Assembly: GCA_965221625.1 (NCBI GenBank) | Contig: OZ244903.1 | Coordinates: 644,685 to 708,684, forward strand | Reading direction: 5' to 3' | DNA length: 64,000 nt | Origin: Dehalococcoidia bacterium | GTDB taxonomy: Bacteria > Chloroflexota > Dehalococcoidia > Lucifugimonadales > Lucifugimonadaceae | In this document: in pieces, positions 17,600 to 26,541 of the stretch | Numbering within the stretch: position 1 is the stretch's first letter | Layout of the letters: each line of letters opens with the position of its first letter | The notes under the pieces: generated by a model | The model's input: the letters and a program-made list of their open reading frames with translations, nothing else | The model's database searches: none | What the model was told of the DNA's origin: nothing | Program-made: the position numbers and the translations under genes

Positions 17600-18535
17600 T
17601 CAGGCTTCTAACCGCTTCAGGTACTGACCTACCCAGTCAAAGTCGACCAAGTCTACGTAGGCGTCCATCAATGCTTTGGTAACCGCTCCAGGCACTTCAC
17701 CTTTGCCTACGGTCGATCCTTGCACCTTGCGCACCGGGCAGATGCAGAGCGACGTCGAGGTCAGGAAGACCTCGTCTGCGGTCGTTGCATCGAACATGTC
17801 CAAATCGGTTTCGACGACTTCCAGATCGATCTCCTCAGCGAGTTCGATAGCAGTCTCGCGTGAGATGCCACCCAAGACATACTGCGCCTTAGGCGTGTAT
17901 GCGACGCCATCCTTGATTACGAAGACGTTAGAGCCGATACCTTCTGTGAGGAAACCTCTACTGTCGAGCAAGATTGCCCATGCCTCGGGGTCGTACTCCT
18001 TGGCTTCCAAATCGGCCATGATGAGGTTCAGATAGTTGTGGGATTTGGCGCGCGGACTCAACGATTCAGGGCTGATGCGCCGCGTCGAGGGCACCCACAC
18101 GTCGATGCCGTCTCTGTACAGACGTGCGCGCGGCACTAGTGGCAAAGGCGTGCACTCAATGATGACCGTCGGACCGCCATCCGTCGACCACATGTCGCCG
18201 CCCACGAGGTCTACTCCGCGTGACACGCGTTGCCCCACCCAATAGTCATCGTCGCCGTCAATCAGCTTCAGGTTTTGCTCAACCACTTGCAACGTGGCGT
18301 CCCGCATCTCTTGCTTGCTGATGCCGGGATCGATGCGGACGTAGTCTAGCGATTTGTAGAAGCGATCGAGATGCTCATCGAGTTTGAATATGCGGTGACC
18401 GAAGGTTCGGGTCATGTCGAAGACCGCATCACCATATTTGAAGCCGCGGTCCCTGAACGGGACTACGACTTGGCTCTCCGAGACAATCTTCCCGTTGAAG
18501 TAAGCCACCCGTTCTGACGAGCCGCCGGACATCAT
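17600..18535 (-). CDS. Class IV aminotransferase (branched-chain / D-amino-acid aminotransferase family)
   Basis: RGFKYGDAVFD..R......F.LDEHLDRF..S, plus SPRAKSHNYLN and LD..GFLTEG..SNVF blocks. Confidence 0.85.
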   Translation of the reverse strand: MMSGGSSERVAYFNGKIVSESQVVVPFRDRGFKYGDAVFDMTRTFGHRIFKLDEHLDRFYKSLDYVRIDPGISKQEMRDATLQVVEQNLKLIDGDDDYWVGQRVSRGVDLVGGDMWSTDGGPTVIIECTPLPLVPRARLYRDGIDVWVPSTRRISPESLSPRAKSHNYLNLIMADLEAKEYDPEAWAILLDSRGFLTEGIGSNVFVIKDGVAYTPKAQYVLGGISRETAIELAEEIDLEVVETDLDMFDATTADEVFLTSTSLCICPVRKVQGSTVGKGEVPGAVTKALMDAYVDLVDFDWVGQYLKRLEA

Positions 18536-18603
18536 CGCGACACTCCCCTTCCTATAATTCAGTAATCTAGAGATATCTTACCGCGCTTCCGTCGCACCAC
18601 TTA

Positions 18604-21600
18604 ATGCAGGCACGCGAGCGAGCCCCTGATTCTTCCCGCTTAATGCAAGACGTACCTAAGACGGTAGAAGACGCAGACGAATCTCAGTTCGCAAACCGAG
18701 TCGATGCGACTGACGTCGGCGTCGAATCGTTGTCTCAGGCGACCAAAACCCAAGCGTCACCGGGAATCAACGTCGATTTCGTCAAGGTCGCCTTAGGTTT
18801 AATCCTCCTACTGGCACTCATGCTTCGCGTTTACGGAACGGATTGGGACCAAGGCGGACTGTTCCATCCGGATGAACGCGATTTCCTTGGGCGGGCCGAA
18901 CGCTTAGATTTCAGTCAACTTTCTGAACCAGGATTATTCTCGCGAGATTCGCGATTGAATCCGGCTTGGTTCAACTATGGATCTCTGCCTCTCTACACGT
19001 TGGCGTTCGTCAAAGCAATTGCGGCTCCCTTCACCGAGCGTGATTGGAATGTGTTTGACCTCAGGTTTCCCGGACGTAATCTCACTGCGATTTCGGATAC
19101 GGCTACGGTTTTCTTCGTCTATCTGCTCGCAACAACCCTTTGGGCTGATCGCCGCGCGGGGTTAATAGCCGCGTTGCTAGCTGCGCTCGCGGTCATCCAC
19201 ATCCAAAACGCGCACTACACGGCAGTCGACGCGCCGATGACGATGTTCATCACCGCAACGATCTACTTTTCGACGCGTTTGGTGCAAGAACCGCGCACCA
19301 GATATGCGGTGTTGACAGGTGCCATGTTCGGGCTGGCCTTGGCGACCAAGTTCTCGGCGGCACCGGTCGGAATCGCCATCGCTAGTGCTTACCTGTTGCT
19401 CTTGCTTAAACCTGGAACGACCGACAATCGACTGTTTGCCGGAACCGTCACCAAATACGCGCTGATTTCCGCTGCGACGGTCATCGCGATACTGCTGGTC
19501 GCGCAACCGTTCATGTTCATCGACCGGGAGACCTATGTGGGGCACATTCTCACGCAGTCTGAGATGGTGCGCAGGATTGCGGATTTCCCATTCACCCGCC
19601 AATACATCGACACGACGCCATACCTTTACCAGTTCCGACAACTCTCGACCTGGGGTCTGGGCATTGCCCTCGGAGTCTCGGTGTGGATCGCAACAATCTG
19701 GGCTATCGGACGAACCATCGTGTGCCGTCAGCTCTTTTTGCTGGTACCGTTGTCATTCCTCGTCGTTTATCTGCTTCTGAATGGGCAGTTTGACGTGAAG
19801 TTCCTCCGGTACATGCTGCCAGTTGTGCCCGTACTGTTGGCGTTCACCGGTGGCATGGTTTGGTGGGCATACCGTTACTTTCTACCGAACGTCCATCGCG
19901 TTGTCAGATTTGGCGCATACGCCATCGGTGCATTGGCATTCCTGCTCACGGTGCACTATTCGCTCGCATACCTCAACGTGTTCAGGGGCGATCATCCGGC
20001 GCAAGAGATATCTCAGTGGTTGCGTGACAATGCCGAAACTGGTGACGTCATCATCAAGGAGCACTGGGAGGAAGGCATACCCAATGTTCCCGGTTTGCAG
20101 ATGCACGGGAACGAACTCCCGATGTACGAATCGGACGGCATAGCGAAGTTCGACCGCGTTGCAGATCTGATGGAGCGAGGCGACTATCTTGTCCTCTACA
20201 GCAACCGACTGGCCGCGACAATACCGCGACTGCCGGAGCGTTATCCCATCTCCACGCGCTTCTACGAGTTGCTGTTCAACGGCGGTTTGGGTTACGAGGT
20301 CGTACACACGTCGGTGCGAGTGCCTCAGTTCCTCGGGATCACTTACTGGGATGACCCGTATGCGCGCGTCGACTTTGCGTTGCCGGAGGGATATCGGAAA
20401 CCGGAGGCATCCCTCTACAGTTGGGATTGGTACGGTTGGGCGGACGAAAGCTTCACTGTTTACGAGCATCCGCATGCGATTCTTTTCAAGAACGTCGAGG
20501 AACTCGATCGGGCGGAGATATTCGAGGTGTTGGACATCGACAACTCGATCGCGGACAGTTTGCGCGTTATCGACGAAATCGGTCTGATTTACAGCGAAGC
20601 TGATGCTCAAATTCAGCGAAACGGCGATAACTGGAATGAGATCTATTTTCTGAGAAACCTTCCTAACGGTGCTGCCTGGTTGGTTTGGTTGATCGCGGTG
20701 CAAGTCATCGCACTCTTGGCATTGCCACTGACCTACGTAGTGTTCCGACCGTTCCCTGACCGCGGCTATCTCTTCTCCAAACCGATCGGCTTGTTGCTCG
20801 TCGCCACTTTAGCTTGGTTGATGGCAAGCACTGGCATTCTAGGATTCAGTGCATTCAGCGTTGCCCTATCGATCTTTCTACTCGCCCTCGTCTCGGGAAC
20901 CATCTTTTGGAAACTGCGGGAAGAGATGCTCTACTTCCTCAAGGGTCATTTGAAGACGATTGGAATTGCAGAGGCCATATTCATAGTCGCTTTCTTCGGG
21001 TTCTTCGCGGTCAGGTTGGCGAATCCCGACCTTTGGCATGCTTGGCGCGGCGGAGAGAAGCCGATGGACTTTGCCTACCTGAACGCCATCACTAGATCCA
21101 CGATCATGCCGCCTTACGATCCGTGGTTCGCCGGTGGCTATCTCAACTACTACTACTACGGTCAGTTCATCGTATCCACGCTCATCCGCATCACCGGCAT
21201 CATCCCAACTGTCGCCTACAACCTCGCGATTCCGCTTATCTTTGCCCTCACCGCCGGGTCGGTATACACCGTGGCATACAACATAGTCGCGATGGCGCAA
21301 AGGGTCAACGGATTCACTCCGCGGACGACTTCACGAGGGTTCGTTTCACTCTCGCCCAAACCCATCGTGTTCGGAATAGTCGCAGCCATACTCACGGTGA
21401 TTGCCGGCAATATCGATGGATTGATTCAGGTCGTCTCGGCATTTTACGACGCTTTCATCACAGGTCAAGACATCCGGGATTTCGACTACTGGCGCAGTAC
21501 TCGCGTGTTTGACGGCTCATTGGGAGGCAACGAGATTACGGAGTTCCCGTCCTTTACGTTCCTTTACGCCGATCTCCACGCCCACATGATCGCGTTGCCA

Positions 21601-23028
21601 TTTGCCATGCTTGCGCTTGGACTATCGATTTCCGCGTTTATGCGGGCGGGAATGGAGCGATTGCTACGGGTCGAGGCGGTAGCGTCACTGGGACTGCTCG
21701 GGATCGCGATTGGGTCGCTTCGCCTCATCAACTCATGGGACTTTCCGACCCAACTGTTAATCGCATTCGCCCTCATCTTCACTGGCGAGGTACTGTTCGG
21801 ACATCGAGGCCCTAAGTGGGGATTCGTCCATGCGCTCGTTAAGTCCGGTTTTGTGGCGATGATCGGTTACGTCGTGTACCTGCCGTTCCACCAAAACTTC
21901 GAACTGTTCAACAGTTCGGTCGAGTTGAGCAAGTTCCAGACCTCCTTGTGGCGATATCTCTTGATTCACTCAATATTCGTATTCGCCATTGCATCTTGGA
22001 TCGTCATGGAGTGGCACCGAGGGACTCTCCGATTGGGTGCCACGATTGACATCGCTACTGAGCAGTACGGGTATCCGAAATGGTCGATTCCCGTGGCGTT
22101 TGCTTCGTTGGGTTTGGCGATGGCGGCATTCATGTACGCGTATCCGCACTACGTCACTGTAGCGGTGACGCTTGCAGCCGCGGGAATCGTTGGACTAACC
22201 GCATTGCTGGCGTACCTGCGACGGCATCGAGAGCAGCGATACATATTGATCGCGGCGACCCTGGTCATGATGTCGCTGTTCATCGCTGCGGGGGTGGACG
22301 TGATCACGGTGTCGAACGACATTGGGCGTCAGAACACGATCTTCAAGTTCTACATCCAAGCGTGGTGGCTCCTTGCCATCGCCGCGTCGTTCGCCATCTG
22401 GAAGCTGTGGGAAGCGCGGGCATTCGACATTCGAAACCTCACGCGTCTGAGAGCCGTCTGGTTGGCCACCTTCGTTGTTCTTGGGGTGGGAGTGCTCGTC
22501 TATCCCGTGATGTCAACCGAGTTCAGAATGGATGAACGCTTCAATGTCATCGGCCCCGGCGTCGACGGTGAGGCGTACATGGATCATGCGGTTTACCGCC
22601 ACCAAGGAATAACCCTCGAATTGGCTACCGATCGTGCTGGCATCAATTGGCTGCGCAACAACGTCGAAGGCTCGCCGGTGATCGTCGAAGGTCAATGGGA
22701 TCTATACACCTGGGCGAACCGTATCGCGATCTATACCGGGCTTCCAACAATCGTCGGATGGGACTGGCACCAGACACAGCAACGACATGACTATCGTTGG
22801 GCAGTTCAACAACGTCGCAACGATGTCAACGAGTTTTACACCACCGGCGATCCGCTACGAGCGAAGCGATTCCTTGATGAGCACCGCGTCAAATACGTGT
22901 ATGTCGGACAGCTGGAGCGGAACCGCTACCCGGCGAGCGGAATTGAGAAGTTCGAGACATCGTCGATACTCAATCTCCAACCCGTATTCGAGGATGGCGT
23001 GGTTACGATTTACGAATACCGAGGCTGA
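18604..23028 (+). CDS. Giant polytopic membrane protein: GT-C (ArnT/PMT-like) glycosyltransferase region plus DUF2298 / 'Chlor_Arch_YYY' region
   Basis: 1474 aa and very hydrophobic. The first loop is LRVYGTDWDQGGLFHPDERDF. GGYLNYYYYGQF has YYYY at 21148-21159. The soluble C-terminal tail ends at 23028. Confidence 0.75.
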   Translation: MQARERAPDSSRLMQDVPKTVEDADESQFANRVDATDVGVESLSQATKTQASPGINVDFVKVALGLILLLALMLRVYGTDWDQGGLFHPDERDFLGRAERLDFSQLSEPGLFSRDSRLNPAWFNYGSLPLYTLAFVKAIAAPFTERDWNVFDLRFPGRNLTAISDTATVFFVYLLATTLWADRRAGLIAALLAALAVIHIQNAHYTAVDAPMTMFITATIYFSTRLVQEPRTRYAVLTGAMFGLALATKFSAAPVGIAIASAYLLLLLKPGTTDNRLFAGTVTKYALISAATVIAILLVAQPFMFIDRETYVGHILTQSEMVRRIADFPFTRQYIDTTPYLYQFRQLSTWGLGIALGVSVWIATIWAIGRTIVCRQLFLLVPLSFLVVYLLLNGQFDVKFLRYMLPVVPVLLAFTGGMVWWAYRYFLPNVHRVVRFGAYAIGALAFLLTVHYSLAYLNVFRGDHPAQEISQWLRDNAETGDVIIKEHWEEGIPNVPGLQMHGNELPMYESDGIAKFDRVADLMERGDYLVLYSNRLAATIPRLPERYPISTRFYELLFNGGLGYEVVHTSVRVPQFLGITYWDDPYARVDFALPEGYRKPEASLYSWDWYGWADESFTVYEHPHAILFKNVEELDRAEIFEVLDIDNSIADSLRVIDEIGLIYSEADAQIQRNGDNWNEIYFLRNLPNGAAWLVWLIAVQVIALLALPLTYVVFRPFPDRGYLFSKPIGLLLVATLAWLMASTGILGFSAFSVALSIFLLALVSGTIFWKLREEMLYFLKGHLKTIGIAEAIFIVAFFGFFAVRLANPDLWHAWRGGEKPMDFAYLNAITRSTIMPPYDPWFAGGYLNYYYYGQFIVSTLIRITGIIPTVAYNLAIPLIFALTAGSVYTVAYNIVAMAQRVNGFTPRTTSRGFVSLSPKPIVFGIVAAILTVIAGNIDGLIQVVSAFYDAFITGQDIRDFDYWRSTRVFDGSLGGNEITEFPSFTFLYADLHAHMIALPFAMLALGLSISAFMRAGMERLLRVEAVASLGLLGIAIGSLRLINSWDFPTQLLIAFALIFTGEVLFGHRGPKWGFVHALVKSGFVAMIGYVVYLPFHQNFELFNSSVELSKFQTSLWRYLLIHSIFVFAIASWIVMEWHRGTLRLGATIDIATEQYGYPKWSIPVAFASLGLAMAAFMYAYPHYVTVAVTLAAAGIVGLTALLAYLRRHREQRYILIAATLVMMSLFIAAGVDVITVSNDIGRQNTIFKFYIQAWWLLAIAASFAIWKLWEARAFDIRNLTRLRAVWLATFVVLGVGVLVYPVMSTEFRMDERFNVIGPGVDGEAYMDHAVYRHQGITLELATDRAGINWLRNNVEGSPVIVEGQWDLYTWANRIAIYTGLPTIVGWDWHQTQQRHDYRWAVQQRRNDVNEFYTTGDPLRAKRFLDEHRVKYVYVGQLERNRYPASGIEKFETSSILNLQPVFEDGVVTIYEYRG

Positions 23029-23049
23029 CCACTTGTCCCGCAACAGTCG

Positions 23050-23778
23050 ATGGATCTGAGACTAACCGAGGCCGCGACTCGCGTCGCGAAATCCGCTTTC
23101 GATTTCCTGTTGCCGTTAGTTTGTGTCCATTGCGGCAACGATGGCAGGCTACTGTGTGAAGAGTGCATTCGTGATGCGCCGTCACCGAATCGGGTGGCGT
23201 GCCAGAAGTGTGGCGAACCGGTGGGCGAGTACGCTTCCTTGTGCGGAGAATGTGTGGCTCTCCCGCCACCACTTGATCGGTTTGTACCCATCTTCCGCTA
23301 CGGCGGGCCAGCTCGAAGTGCTGTTCTTGCACTGAAGTACCGAGGCGTCACTGCACTGGCATCGGAGATGGGGCAAGCTATTGCCGACCATCCTTTCGCA
23401 GCACGTGCGCGCAACGACTGCATCGCGCCGGTACCGATGCACCGCGACCGTCTCCGTGAGCGAGGTTACAACCAAGCGGAGCTCATCGCTAGAAGTGTCG
23501 CCGAGTCAATAGAAGTTCCATTCATCTCCCACGCCATTGAGAAGGTGCGGTCGACGCCGTCCCAGGTGCATCTGACGCGCCAAGAGCGATCGAAATCGCT
23601 TGCTGGGGCGTTCGTTGCAAACTTCGATTTTGAAGGTGCGCATGTGTTGCTCGTTGATGATGTTTGCACCACCGGGAACACGCTGATGAATTGCGCTTCG
23701 GCACTAAAGCGCGCGGGAGCCCGTCGCGTCTCCGCGGTCGTCTTCGCGAAGGAGATGCTAGAACCGAGTTCGGATTAG
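23050..23778 (+). CDS. comF: ComF-family protein (phosphoribosyltransferase domain)
   Basis: N-terminal double CxxC zinc-finger pattern (CVHCG..LCEEC, CQKCG..LCGEC) and PRTase motif VLLVDDVCTTGNT. Confidence 0.85.
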   Translation: MDLRLTEAATRVAKSAFDFLLPLVCVHCGNDGRLLCEECIRDAPSPNRVACQKCGEPVGEYASLCGECVALPPPLDRFVPIFRYGGPARSAVLALKYRGVTALASEMGQAIADHPFAARARNDCIAPVPMHRDRLRERGYNQAELIARSVAESIEVPFISHAIEKVRSTPSQVHLTRQERSKSLAGAFVANFDFEGAHVLLVDDVCTTGNTLMNCASALKRAGARRVSAVVFAKEMLEPSSD

Positions 23779-23783
23779 GTGAC

Positions 23784-24503
23784 GTGAATCTGCCACGGAA
23801 AATCGACGCGATCCTTTTCGACGTCTACGGTACGTTGGCGACTTGGAAGCCGGACCGGTACACATTGCACGCGAGGGCCGCATCGAAGTTCGGGTTGAAT
23901 GTAACGCAGCAAGGCGTCGACCAAGGGTACGCCGCCGCCGAAGTGTTCATGACGCACCAGAACACGCAACAACCGATCCGAAGCATGACCGCCGAAGAGC
24001 GCGACGGCTTCTTCGCACGCTTCGAGCAGATCGTGCTTGAGGGATGCGGGATCAACGTCGACCTTGAACTCGCCGATCGCATCTGGCACGCCGTCGCTAC
24101 GCAGGAGTACGAGTTGGCTTTGTACGATGATGTACTGGACAACCTCAAAAGCTTGCGGCACCGCGGATTTCTCGTTGGCGTGGTTTCAAACGTGCCCATG
24201 AACAGCGATCAACTGATTAAGGACCTCGAGTTGTCGAGTTGCGTCGACTTTGCCGTAACCAGTCAGGAGGTCGGCGTTGAGAAGCCCCGCAGGGGCATTT
24301 TCAACGAGGCATTGCGCAGAGCGAACGGCACGCCGCCTGCAAAGGCATTGATGGTAGGAGACCAGCTCGAATCGGACATTGACGGTGCTTTGAATGCAGG
24401 GATCAACCCCGTGCTTTTGGACCGCAACAACCTACATCCGGATTTCGCTGATGCCCCTCGTTTTCGTGGACTCGCGCAACTGGTGTCTGCCATCGACGAC
24501 TAG
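23784..24503 (+). CDS. HAD-superfamily hydrolase
   Basis: Motif I ILFDVYGTL, motif II VGVVSN, motif IV MVGDQLESDIDGA. A GTG start at 23784 avoids the 115-nt overlap with comF implied by the ORF-track start at 23664. Confidence 0.8.
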   Translation: MNLPRKIDAILFDVYGTLATWKPDRYTLHARAASKFGLNVTQQGVDQGYAAAEVFMTHQNTQQPIRSMTAEERDGFFARFEQIVLEGCGINVDLELADRIWHAVATQEYELALYDDVLDNLKSLRHRGFLVGVVSNVPMNSDQLIKDLELSSCVDFAVTSQEVGVEKPRRGIFNEALRRANGTPPAKALMVGDQLESDIDGALNAGINPVLLDRNNLHPDFADAPRFRGLAQLVSAIDD

Positions 24504-24534
24504 GTATCCGAAAATTGGGAATTCACCTTAAAGA

Positions 24535-25209
24535 ATGTTGAACAAGACGCAACGACTCCAATCTTGGACTGACCAGAAGGGTGACGCCGACAGTCTGCTC
24601 TTCGGCGAATTCATGCATCTTGGGGCCAATCAAACGATCCTGACGGTCGGTTTGCAGGGCATTGAACCCAATAGAGATGCAGTGGTGCTTGACATGGCGT
24701 GCGCGGTTGGCGGTAATGCGCGCTGGTTAGCGTCGTTGTACGGATGCAAGGTCATCGGCAACGACATCGACGCGGCGGCGATCAAAACAGCCAACGATTT
24801 GGCGGAGATTGAGGACATCGACGAACTTTGCGACTTCATCGTCGCCCCGGTCGAGGACACCGGTTTGGAGCGTAACGCCTGCGATTTGGTTCTCTCGACC
24901 GACGTGTTTGATATCAACGAGGTAGTGAGGGTACTCAAGCCAGGTGGGAGATTCCTGTTGAGCGCGCTGTTTCGGCAGGGGAGTCCCTCGCCGGAGGAGA
25001 TTGCTTCGGGACACGGACTTGAGATCGAGTTGAGGCGTGATGTCACGGAGTTGGCGCAGACCTTTCTCCACTCCAAAGAAGCGGAAGCGAGGTTGCTCAA
25101 CAAGTCAGGGATCATCAGCAACCGTCAACTGGTCGACGTAATCAACAACGCTCTTCGAAGGCGGGGTGGACATCACCTGTTAGTCCGTTGGCGGAAGCCG
25201 GTCAATTGA
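24535..25209 (+). CDS. Class I SAM-dependent methyltransferase
   Basis: SAM-binding motif VLDMACAVGGN and the downstream acidic loop GNDID. LKPGGRF is motif post-II. Confidence 0.75.
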   Translation: MLNKTQRLQSWTDQKGDADSLLFGEFMHLGANQTILTVGLQGIEPNRDAVVLDMACAVGGNARWLASLYGCKVIGNDIDAAAIKTANDLAEIEDIDELCDFIVAPVEDTGLERNACDLVLSTDVFDINEVVRVLKPGGRFLLSALFRQGSPSPEEIASGHGLEIELRRDVTELAQTFLHSKEAEARLLNKSGIISNRQLVDVINNALRRRGGHHLLVRWRKPVN

Positions 25210-25331
25210 CCAATACTTGCATTGAGCGACATTCAGCGACGCATCCTCGCTCGTTGATCGCAATTGCTCTGACGGGTTCTGATCAATCGCGTAACGAGCT
25301 GTGAAGAACGCCTGACCGGCGTTTCAGAGCC

Positions 25332-26438
25332 ATGACTGCCAAATCGTCCATCCTTGATCTTTCTCGAACCGACCTCGAGACTGAGGTCGTCGAAAATCTC
25401 GGGCAATCTCGCTACCGGTCGCAACAGATTTGGCAGGCATTGCATCGAGACGGCGCGGACGAGTTCGATGGCATCACAACCTTACCGAAGACATTGCGTG
25501 CACAGTTGGATGCGAAGTTCATCGCCAAGCCGATCGATCAGGTAATGCAACTCACCTCGGCCGATGGCTCAACCGAGAAGGTTCTATTTCGTCTGCGGGA
25601 TGGCGAGTTGATCGAGACTGTTTTGATGCGATACCGACCTGACGGCCATCGCAAGGCACGGAAGACTGTGTGTGTGTCGACCCAAGCCGGCTGTGCCCTA
25701 GGGTGTACCTTCTGTGCCACCGGGCAGCAAGGCTTCCGACGGCAACTCTCGACTGGCGAGATCGTCGCCCAGATCATCCACATGGCCAACGTGGCACGCG
25801 CTGAAGATATGGTTGAGGTTTCGGCCGGCGAGCGAGAGCGTGGCAGCGTTCAAGGAGTTACCAATGTCGTGTTCATGGGAATGGGCGAGCCGTTGGCGAA
25901 CTACGACAACACGTTGTCAGCAATCCGGGCCATCAACGACCCGCACGGGTTGGCAATCGGCGCGCGTCATATCACACTCTCGACGGTAGGACTCGCACCA
26001 CAGATTGTTCAGTTGGCGCACGAGGACCTGCAGATAAACCTGGCCGTCTCGCTGCATGCACCTGACGACGAGACGCGCCGGCAAACGATGCCGATAAATC
26101 GACGTTATCCAATCTCAGTCCTGCTAGACGCGTGTCGAAAATACGTCGGTATCACCAACCGTCGCATCTTTTTTGAATACGTCCTTTTGAAAGATCAAAA
26201 CGACACTCTCGACCATGCGAGCCGATTGGGTCAACGCCTAAATGGTCTGATGTGCCACGTCAATCTCATCCCTGTCAACCCGACGGAAGAAGGGCCCTAC
26301 GACCGGACCAGTCGGAGCGAGGCAACCGCATTCCAAGCCGAGCTTCGAAAGTACGGCGTACCTTCAACGGTGCGAATCGAGAAGGGCATTGACATCGCAG
26401 CCGGTTGTGGACAGCTCAGGGCCCGAGCTCTCGCTTAG
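25332..26438 (+). CDS. rlmN: 23S rRNA (adenine2503-C2)-methyltransferase, radical SAM
   Basis: YR..QIW.......F...T.LPK..R; radical-SAM cluster motif GCALGCTFCATG; MGMGEPL.N; conserved C-terminal GIDI.AACGQL-like block (DIAAGCGQL). Confidence 0.92.
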   Translation: MTAKSSILDLSRTDLETEVVENLGQSRYRSQQIWQALHRDGADEFDGITTLPKTLRAQLDAKFIAKPIDQVMQLTSADGSTEKVLFRLRDGELIETVLMRYRPDGHRKARKTVCVSTQAGCALGCTFCATGQQGFRRQLSTGEIVAQIIHMANVARAEDMVEVSAGERERGSVQGVTNVVFMGMGEPLANYDNTLSAIRAINDPHGLAIGARHITLSTVGLAPQIVQLAHEDLQINLAVSLHAPDDETRRQTMPINRRYPISVLLDACRKYVGITNRRIFFEYVLLKDQNDTLDHASRLGQRLNGLMCHVNLIPVNPTEEGPYDRTSRSEATAFQAELRKYGVPSTVRIEKGIDIAAGCGQLRARALA

Positions 26439-26541
26439 TCTTAGAAGCCGACTCGCGCGGAAGCCGAAGGTGGCAGACTTTTGGGCTAAAATCCTCCCGT
26501 CACCTGAGTGTCGCCGCACGCCATCACGGTTTGGATGCTAG

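Noticed and set aside
25210-25331. Small hairpin AACGCC/GGCGTT and TTGATC...GATCAA dyad just upstream of rlmN
   Set aside because: The stems are short (6 bp) with no supporting context. This is likely incidental structure in a promoter/5' UTR.
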